A stretch of 20,000 nt of DNA, from NCBI GenBank assembly GCA_002245135.1, contig NGBS01000014.1, forward strand, positions 123,128 to 143,127, written 5' to 3'. Source of the DNA: Proteromonas lacertae. Lineage: Eukaryota. Under the pieces are notes generated by a model, which saw only the letters and a list, made by a program, of their open reading frames with translations, was not told the origin of the DNA and did no database searches. The translations under genes were made by a program, and so were the position numbers. Positions 12,313 through 20,000 of this stretch are shown one piece after another; position 1 is the first letter of the stretch, and every line of letters begins with the position of its first letter.

Positions 12313-12364
12313 ATAGGATGGCCACCATACTGTGTGATATGACACCATATAGTGACCATCCTAT
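12313..12364. repeat. Second subterminal imperfect hairpin
   Basis: ATAGGATGG (12313-12321) pairs with CCATCCTAT (12356-12364), with inner CAC/GTG, ATA/TAT and GTGT/ACAC pairing. Confidence 0.75.
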
Positions 12365-12540
12365 GTAATAAAAAACAAAACAAAAAAAATGGAGTTCAAG
12401 TCAAATCTCGAAACGCATCTATTTTTCTATTATTAAAATTTCTTATAAGACTTGTTATAATGCTAATTAATTATGTAAATTATGAAAACAACACTCCCAC
12501 ACAAACACAATATATCATTTCAACCAATTAGGACCAGAGA

Positions 12541-13330
12541 TTAATAATCATTTTGGTACTCTGGCTCCTCATCATCATCATCTACTATAAATTGTGAGAA
12601 GTTATCATCATCCTCATCTTCCTCTGTACTGGTGTCTTCTTCCTTTCTGTTTAAATTTCTTTTCTGATTGGTCTTCTTTCTTTTGAATCTTGGAGCTTTA
12701 GATGTACTGCACTTTCTTTTGGTGGATGCTACCTTTAACAACTTGTTGTCATCATCATCATTATAATCATCATCATCCAGATTATCAAACAACGATGCTA
12801 TAGAGACTTTACTACTTACTATACTTTCAGCAGTACTTCTGTAAACAATATCTCCTTTCGAATTCTTGTTTTCTTCTTTTTCGCATTTTGCTAAATCGTT
12901 GTCACCGAAATGTATGATATACATACAAGTCAGTTCTATCATATCCTCCATTGCATGGTCAAGCATACGATCATACTATTGATTCAAAATTGAAATATAT
13001 ATTAAATGAATATACGATGCTTTTGTCCAGATCCTCTTTATACACGATATTACATAGCAGGACAGACATCAACACTCTGGACATCTTTAATCTTTCATGA
13101 CGATCATCAATCTTTTCAATTTCTGTGAATCTTTTGTACCATGTACTGAAACGCCTTATACTGAAGTTACCATTCCAGCTATAGACATATAATAATATAA
13201 TATACCTATAACGTTGCAAATCTTTCTCATGTTCTACAATCGTCTTAAAATTCTCACATAAAATTTTATATATGCTCGGATTTGGATCATTAATGAAGCT
13301 GTTTTTGTATAGTATCTTCCAGTTGCTCAT
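12541..13330 (-). CDS. Hypothetical spliced protein with C-terminal NLS-like basic and acidic tracts
   Basis: ATG at 13330 (MSNWKIL). A 40-nt GTATAT...CAATAG intron at ~12976-13015 joins the 133-aa and 141-aa ORFs in frame (KSI|YDRMLDH). A probable in-frame 27-nt intron lies near 13179-13205. Tail is KRKCSTSKAPRFKRKK plus D/E tracts. Confidence 0.7.
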
Positions 13331-13382
13331 AATAAGTGAATTGAAAGGGAAATAACGTTGAACAATGAACAAATGTTATATG

Positions 13383-13401
13383 TATATATATATATATATA
13401 T
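13383..13401. repeat. (TA)n microsatellite between divergent element genes
   Basis: About 9 uninterrupted TA units. Confidence 0.8.
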
Positions 13402-13500
13402 TTTAAATGTTGTTATAAAGACATATAACTCTATTAATTTAGATAATAATCATAATGAAATGAATTTCATTATTACTTTTGTTTTTTGTTTTTGGACCAT

Positions 13501-14787
13501 ATGTTTAGCACTAATAGTTACGATCCACATTTATACAGCTCATATAGCAACGAGAACCCATATCCTGTCAAACCGTTACCTACAAATGGTAACTTATCAC
13601 TTGCAACATATATTAACCATGGAGCACCGAATATTACACATCCAACAAGAGAGGCTTCGTATGAAGACCAAATGTCAAACCAAATTGCCCAATATCGATC
13701 ACGCTTAGATGAGCTATATAAAAAATATTATTACCTTAATGAAAATGAATTTATCAAAATGACACAACATTTGTCTAGTATAAATGATATAGCTCCACCA
13801 CCAGATGTAGTACGTGAATACTTAAGGAGACAACCTGGAAAACAAATTGTCGATTTCAAATATAAAAAAAATAATCCATTCGCAACTATCAAAAAGCCAG
13901 GGTACTTCCAAATGGATATAGTGTTTTTCTTACCTGATATGGAACATTTGTATTTTATCGAAATGAATTCAAGAAAAGTATGGGCAATATTTATGCCTAA
14001 TAAATATGGTGATATTACATTGGATGCATTTCAGAAGTGGTATTATGAAACAGATGCCTATGGAAACAAAACACATAAAAATGTGGTAAGTATCCTATCA
14101 GATGCTGATGCTAGTTTTTCAAATATCAAGAAGTTATGTGATGCTGAAGGAATATCATATTTTCAAAAAGATGGTTCAGAGCATAAAATAGAGTCATTAT
14201 TGGATAGATCAGTGAGTGTGATAAAAAGACTATTGTACAAACACTTGGTGGATCTGGGATATGATGCACCTACATATATGGCAGATATTGATCACAATGA
14301 TAAGCATATTATACCAGATATGAATTATAAATTAAAACTCGATAGTATAATACAGGAAGTGATAGATGACTATAACAACAAGCCATTACCAGGAATTAAA
14401 GGATATACACCAAATGAGGTATTCCATAGTCCAGAATTACAAAAACAAATATTACAAAAATCAATTAACTACAACTTAAAGAATTATGAAAAATTGGACC
14501 ATACTGGTCAAAATTTCGAAGTAGGTGATTTGGTGAGATTCAAAGAGAGAAGACGTAAAATGGATAAGAACATATACTGGTCAGACAATGTATATAAGAT
14601 AATCAAGAAAAATCGATATTCATACAATTTAGGTGATATCAATGGGAATGACATTCAAGGTTTTTCATTAATTCGATTCAAACACTATGAGTTGCAGTTA
14701 GTGAGAAAAGATGATGCACCAACCACATGGTTTAGAAAAATACTGGAGAGACCCAAGAGAAAGAAGGGAGACAAATCAATATTGTAA
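13501..14787 (+). CDS. Polinton/Maverick-type retroviral-like (rve) integrase
   Basis: First ATG at 13501. Motifs GYFQMDIVF, FIEMNSRKVWA, ILSDADASF, EHKIESLLDRSVSVIK, YNN...TPNEV, and C-terminal FEVGDLVRF...WSDNVYKI...YNLGD.NG...FKHYELQLV, characteristic of Polinton integrases. No introns. Confidence 0.92.
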   Translation: MFSTNSYDPHLYSSYSNENPYPVKPLPTNGNLSLATYINHGAPNITHPTREASYEDQMSNQIAQYRSRLDELYKKYYYLNENEFIKMTQHLSSINDIAPPPDVVREYLRRQPGKQIVDFKYKKNNPFATIKKPGYFQMDIVFFLPDMEHLYFIEMNSRKVWAIFMPNKYGDITLDAFQKWYYETDAYGNKTHKNVVSILSDADASFSNIKKLCDAEGISYFQKDGSEHKIESLLDRSVSVIKRLLYKHLVDLGYDAPTYMADIDHNDKHIIPDMNYKLKLDSIIQEVIDDYNNKPLPGIKGYTPNEVFHSPELQKQILQKSINYNLKNYEKLDHTGQNFEVGDLVRFKERRRKMDKNIYWSDNVYKIIKKNRYSYNLGDINGNDIQGFSLIRFKHYELQLVRKDDAPTTWFRKILERPKRKKGDKSIL

Positions 14788-14837
14788 CGAATAAATTTTT
14801 ATTATGTTATATATTGTATATGTTGTTTTTTATTATT

Positions 14838-15033
14838 GGGCATTGGATAGACTAGCTACGATGAGGGCTGCGTTTCTAATTTATAATTATTTATTTATTT
14901 ATTAAATTAATTTCACAAGGAATTTATGGAAGTTTAATAATAATTTCTACTTGGATGTGTGTTGTTTAATATTGCGCCATTGAAATTCGGCTTGAATCAT
15001 CCTGGCACGGTATATCTAAATGCCCTTTTTTTT
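14838..15033 (+). ncRNA. Putative Pol III structured RNA 1 (~190 nt, VA-RNA-like)
   Basis: The 5' arm (14838-14880) pairs over ~40 nt with the 3' arm (14979-15025), with G-U pairs and bulges; closing helix GGGCATT/AATGCCC. Immediately followed by T8, with no internal T4. Confidence 0.6.
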
Positions 15034-15041
15034 ATTTAATT

Positions 15042-15137
15042 GGGATCTGATAGACTGTGCAAGGAAAAAAGAGTCATGCAGCTGGCATTAGTGGTTCGAT
15101 TCCTAGCACAGACTATTAGTAATCCCATTTTTTTTTT
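15042..15137 (+). ncRNA. Putative Pol III structured RNA 2 (~86 nt, VA-RNA-like) with perfect B-box
   Basis: Rod-like fold: GGGAT/ATCCC, CTGATAG/CTATTAG, CTGTGC/GCACAG, AGGAA/TTCCT, GAGTC/GGTTC, ATGC/GCAT. GGTTCGATTCC (B-box) at 15093-15103, i.e. +52; T10 at 15128-15137. Confidence 0.7.
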
Positions 15138-15175
15138 AATTTCTTTTTTTTAAAAAAAAATATTTTATTATACAT

Positions 15176-15583
15176 ATGCTTACACTACCACCACAGATTG
15201 AATATAAATTACCAGAACTTGAATCCAAGGTAACAAAGAAATATCATTTAAGTGGCCCTGACAGATACTTGGATTTGTATAGCCTACAATTCCTTATATT
15301 TTTTTATCATCGAAAACCTATATATCAATGGTATTTTGAGTTAACACACAAAATGATTAACATGATCATGAGTCAACGTTTGATATTAGTGTTTGTAGGT
15401 CCTTGTGACTTAGGAGATAGAGATTATCCGAAAGTTACATACACACCAACAATGAAAAAAGTAATCATTAGAATGCCACAAAGATGTTTTAATGGTAAGA
15501 TGCCAATATTCTTCAAATGTACTCATATGGATAGAGAGATGATAGAATATATTGAAACTCATACAATATTTCACCACACATAA
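15176..15583 (+). CDS. Hypothetical element protein (135 aa)
   Basis: ATG-initiated, intron-free ORF with globular-protein composition, convergent with the protease; no family recognised. Confidence 0.65.
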   Translation: MLTLPPQIEYKLPELESKVTKKYHLSGPDRYLDLYSLQFLIFFYHRKPIYQWYFELTHKMINMIMSQRLILVFVGPCDLGDRDYPKVTYTPTMKKVIIRMPQRCFNGKMPIFFKCTHMDREMIEYIETHTIFHHT

Positions 15584-15626
15584 CAAAACAGAAAAAAATA
15601 ATTAAGTAATAATTTTATATTATATA

Positions 15627-16187
15627 TTATATTAAACCAAATTGTTTTTTCATTAACCTAATTTTTGCTTCACCTACTATTGTATTATAGTCAGTAGCCT
15701 TTTTGAAACTACACTGATCTCTTAAAATATTTTTCAAAAAATTAATAGCAAAAAAACCACAGTTGGCAGTATTTGAATTTTGATTCTGTACTCCATTGAT
15801 TTTAAGTTCATACTTTTCATTATGATACTTCTTTAATTTTTTCAAATTTTTTTTAAATTCTTCCAAGTGTTGAGGATCTTCACCAAATGAATCATAGTAC
15901 AGGAATTGTTTCTTGATATTGTCAACTACTAAGGCCACCCAATGACCTATAGAATCAGGGCTAGCTTGTGTGGTGAGTGTATTGATTATGATTCCCCATT
16001 GATTCTTCTTTTTGGGTATAGGAAGTACAAGCTCGTCCCAGCAGAACACTCCCATGAACTTTCCATGGAAATTATTGAACTCATTTTTCACAATTAACTC
16101 TATATCAAAGTTCGATAAAGCATCTGAAGTGATACTGTTATACAAAACTTTCCTACGTGAAATTAATTTCTTTACTTTTTTATTATT
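15627..16187 (-). CDS. Adenain-like (clan CE) virion maturation cysteine protease
   Basis: FMGVF..D...IIINT...GHWVAL...YYDSFG...Q.Q...NCGFFAINFL gives H-D-(Q)-C catalytic residues. The frame is open from 16187, with no ATG ahead of the conserved N-terminal helix. Confidence 0.92.
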   Translation of the reverse strand, partial: NNKKVKKLISRRKVLYNSITSDALSNFDIELIVKNEFNNFHGKFMGVFCWDELVLPIPKKKNQWGIIINTLTTQASPDSIGHWVALVVDNIKKQFLYYDSFGEDPQHLEEFKKNLKKLKKYHNEKYELKINGVQNQNSNTANCGFFAINFLKNILRDQCSFKKATDYNTIVGEAKIRLMKKQFGLI

Positions 16188-19100
16188 TTAATTACCTATT
16201 CCAAAGTAACTCATAGCTTCACTGAGTTGTTTTGCTTGATCTAAATTACTCACTGCTCTACCAAAATTAGTGAGTGAACTTGGAATTGTTTGTTGTGAAC
16301 GTTTCACGTAGTTATCCATTTTGATTGCATTCTTGTGTTGATATGGTGTTGGTTTTAACCAGTTTAATAAACCACCTGCATCTAGCAAACCAAAACAAGC
16401 AGTCAATGCACTGAATACTGTTCCTATACCTGCAACAGTTTGTAATGTACCTGTTGGATCAGCTGCAACAGCAGTTTTTGCCATTGATGGCATAGCTTTT
16501 GATAATTCACTGATACCTTTAACTGCTGCTGCAGCAGTTGTTGCATCACCTCCATTTGCAGCTGCAGCTACAGTTGCTGCTGTTTTTAATGTATCACCTA
16601 CATTTTTTGCATCTATATTTCCTATATTAGAAAATTTGTAGAAGAATGGAACTAATTGAAATAAGTATCGAACATATGGATGAGTATTGAACATAAATGA
16701 AACACCAAAGTTATACAACAAGTCTACAGGTAACCATGATTTTTGAATTGCTTCAGGTAACATTGACTTAACTTTTTCTGAATTACCATAATACAAGTCA
16801 GTGATAGCAGGTAATCTACCACCTGACAGCATACGAATTATTTCATAGTAGTCGAAAATGAAGTACCACATTACATACAAGAACCCTGATGTTGGTAGTT
16901 TAGATTTTTTCCATAACCAATAAGCTAAACATGTCATTACTATTGCACGAACATATTTCATTGCATGATCTACTTCAAACATTTGAGGAGTAACTCCACC
17001 TACCAAATATGACTTCATTGTATAGTATATTTGTGGAAATATCCTAAATACATTCTCTACACACAGGAACAAATTACCAGCAAAACCCATAAAATCAGAT
17101 TCACGTAATGAATCAAGTGCTTTTTGAAATTGTGAATTTTCAAATTGTGCCCATGAACTACATGCAGTTTTCACTAAACCAATAGCTATTTCATATTTTT
17201 GTTTATTATCTGCATTCACCCACTCTTGAGGAAGTGAGTGACCTAACTTCTCTCTGTTATAATCAAAGTTAATGAAATCTCTACTATTTTGTGATGCTAT
17301 TTCATTCAGTTCTCTATATTTATCTTCATTAATCCATGTATGCGGTTCTTTATCTATATCTATAGCACTATTCACCAGTTCTTGATTTTTTGGATCTAAT
17401 GCCCATCTATAAAATTTTGATCTTTCTAATATCTCTTGATCATCCATATATCTTTGTGCCTTTTGATTATTCAATGCAATATATTCTTTTACTTTTTCAG
17501 CTCGATTCGGATCAAAATTATATGGATCTGAATATTGATTGATCTTACTTACTCCATCAACTAATTCATTTTGCAAATACTCCTGCTGTAATAATAGTTT
17601 GTTATAATATTCTATTGCATCTTTATCATTACCTGTTAATTTATCCCAAGTTGAGGTCAACCAATCTTGTCTATAATTTTTATAGGCTGCTAATTGAGGA
17701 TTCTTTTCTATAATCTCTTGTAGTGATTTATAATTTTGTAATTTAGGAAATTTTTGTAACAAAGGATCTGTTACTCTATTCATTCCATTATCATATGCCT
17801 GAACATCTGCTTCTGTAACATATTCAGGCCAGTTCAAAAGATAGCTTCTTGGATTAGATGTATCTAATGTTGCTAATGGGAATGTTCCTCTTAAATGTCC
17901 TTTTTTATGTTCACGATCTAGCATATCATAAAAATTAATATGATAATTGTTAGGCAACATTGAAGCATAATTATTAGTTAATGCATATTGAACTTCTTTT
18001 CGAGCTTGTCTATTCAAACCTGGACTAAATAATTTATCATAATTCCAATTAAAATCATATCCTACAATTTCTTTTGGTATATATGGTTGAATATATTCTG
18101 GTATTTGACTTGGCTGTAATTGTGATGTTCCATTATAAGCAGCACTAGCAGCATCATACATTTGTTGTCTTGGATTAGTTATAATGACATGCTCATTAGG
18201 ACCAACACTTTGACCCACTCTTAATGGTATAATACCACTATTACCACCTAATTTCTTAGTAGCCAAGAGATGCCTCCGTGGGATATTCTCTAATTTGAGT
18301 TTATTTCTTCTGTGATGTTTCTTATGTTTGAAATGAACATGTTTTCTTCTACCTGAACCTGTCTTTGGATATCCATCTAAAGACATACCAAATAAACCAT
18401 AATTTACTTTAGGCCATAAATGATATTCACTACCAATACCATTAATTAAATTACACACATCTGATCGTGCTTCTGGAACACTACGACCACATTGATATTT
18501 GAAATAATGTAAGTAATCTGTCAATTGATCTATTGTTCCACCATAGCTGGAATACTTTGATATAATATCTAATGGCAATCCTACATTTTTACATACATTT
18601 TCTAAATCTTGTTTTGTATTATTCATAACCATTTGCTTAACTGATTCATAATCATATTGATTAATCAAAAATGGTTGTAATTTTTCCATAATAGCATCTA
18701 CATTATATCTTTGTTGTTGCTGCTGTTGTTGTTGTTGTTGTTGTTGTTGTATTGGTTGTGTGTTATTTTGCAATGTTGGCTGGGCTGCTGCCGCCGTGGC
18801 GGCAGCAGCACCTGTCATCATTCCGGCGTAATTTGCAGCATTTGAACTTTGATTATTATAACCTGCACCAGTTGCAGGTATTGAAGTTGTATTATTAGAA
18901 CTGGCCCCAGTTGTAGTACTATTAGTTGTATTATTATAACTGGGGCAGTTGTAGGTATAGAAGTTGTATTATTAGAACTGGGGGCAGTTGTAACATTCGA
19001 TGCTTGAATATTTGAAGTGGCCGGCGCACTCGTCGAATTTGTTGTTGTTGAAGGAGTAGCACCAAATATACCTCTGAACCAATTGTATATATTACTTAGT

Positions 19101-20000
19101 GATGTAGTAAAGAAACCCATTATACTATCTAACTTAGAATGAATCCATTGTGACATATCCATTGGAGGAACTTGTTTCCAACGATTATATACCAAACTGA
19201 CAAAATTAGGAGTTAACATTGACACAAAAGATGCTGCATTAACCCATGCTGGGGATAAACCAAATATCCATTGCATAACACCACTATATCCTATTCCTGC
19301 ATTTACTAAATACTTTAATATTGCACCAACTGTACTATCAGGAAATAGTATATCAAACACTTGTGAAATAGAACCTAATGTCATAGTACATAAGCAGAAC
19401 TTTACACCAAATTTCAACCAATCGTATGTTGTATTACCTGAAAAATATTTATCAATTTTTGAAATTAATGATTGTTTTTCTCTTTCTTCCATTGTAGCTA
19501 TCTTTCTCTGATATTCTTCATTCCTTGCTTTCACTATTTCATTTTCTTGCTGTAATTCATACTCGTGATCTTTTTGTGTTGTACCAGCATTATTATTCCA
19601 TCTTGGATTGGATTGATATGAATTTACATTGTACTGTGATCCCCATTGTTGTAATGGTTGTCCTTCAATTTGAGATAAAAATGGATTTTGCCATTGATAT
19701 GTTAAATTCTCTGGTTGAGCATAATAATCTGAGTATGGCTTGTTATACTTACCTATGTTCCTATAATATCGTCCAAACTGTCTGTGATGCCTGACATATA
19801 TAATTTGTATTTCATCTCATCAGTCATGAAATTGTTTTTTTGTTGCGTTTATATTTGGATTAACAGGCTTTGATAATTCCTCTATATCATCCTCATCTCC
19901 TATAGTATCATAAAATTTATTGAAACTAGATTTAGGATCATAGACATCTAATCCATATGTACCATTGCCTTTGTCAACAATGGCTGTTGGGTTAGCCATG
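16188..20000 (-). CDS. Large putative virion structural/membrane polyprotein (~1,270 aa or more), interrupted by apparent frameshifts
   Basis: Restoring one G at 18942-18945 joins the 238-aa and 877-aa ORFs. The 238-aa frame is open upstream to ~19817 and resumes above two stops (~19818-19823) to the window edge. Contains hydrophobic helices, T/S/N repeats, poly-Q, a basic H/K/R tract and several GG/GxG motifs. Confidence 0.6.
18711..18750 (-). repeat. CAA/CAG poly-glutamine tract (Q13)
   Basis: (ttg)n with two ctg units; encodes the Q run in the 877-aa ORF. Confidence 0.9.
18837..18992 (-). repeat. 39-nt (13-aa) tandem repeat, 4 copies
   Basis: In the corrected frame: TTAPSSNNTTSIP / TTAPSYNNTTNST / TTGASSNNTTSIP / ATGAGYNNQSSNA. 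Confidence 0.85.

Larger units (their letters stand above)
12112..20000. mobile_element. Integrated Polinton/Maverick-like endogenous DNA virus (left part; continues beyond window)
   Basis: A Polinton-type rve integrase and an adenain-like protease occur together with long intron-free ORFs and visibly more G/C than host genes. The candidate terminus AGTAGT at 12112 is followed by hairpins. pPolB, packaging ATPase and capsid genes are not recognised in this window. Confidence 0.85.

Noticed and set aside
13358..13708. 116-aa plus-strand ORF overlapping the integrase start
   Set aside because: Runs through the (TA)n microsatellite and out of frame over the integrase.
15042..15126. tRNA gene suggested by GGTTCGATTCC
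   Set aside because: No cloverleaf or anticodon arm; the sequence folds as one rod, so it is reported as a Pol III ncRNA candidate instead.
16153..16195. 43-nt GTAATT...CGTAG intron joining the big ORF to the protease
   Set aside because: The length is not a multiple of 3 and the two ORFs are already in frame, so splicing would shift out of the protease frame; no ATG exists in the required upstream frame.
18837..18992. CRISPR-like or non-coding repeat array
   Set aside because: Codon-phased degenerate coding repeat with no unique spacers.
19525..19794. 89-aa plus-strand ORF
   Set aside because: Antisense to the upstream extension of the large minus-strand element protein.

Overview
AT-rich, gene-dense eukaryotic (protist) DNA using the standard genetic code, with very short GT-AG introns (mostly about 27-55 nt). 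This suggests a Blastocystis-like or other compact protist genome, though the host assignment is inference. Bases 1 to ~11.7 kb hold host genes: a Crinkler/RHS-type P-loop NTPase running off the left edge, a MAN1/Src1-like nuclear-envelope protein, a nicotinamidase head-to-head with an ABCC/MRP transporter, a small multi-TM protein, and a membrane-anchored CBM26-like starch-binding protein. From ~12.1 kb to the right edge is an integrated Polinton/Maverick-like endogenous DNA virus. It has a putative AGTAGT left end with hairpins, a spliced acidic/basic protein gene, an rve integrase with a DDD-type triad, an unknown ORF and an adenain-like cysteine protease. It also carries a frameshift-interrupted ~1,270+ aa protein lying in frame with the protease across a single TAA. 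The most striking unannotated signal is a tandem pair of paralogous, G-initiated, oligo-T-terminated structured RNAs at 14838-15137, one with a perfect Pol III B-box, reminiscent of adenovirus VA RNAs I and II.
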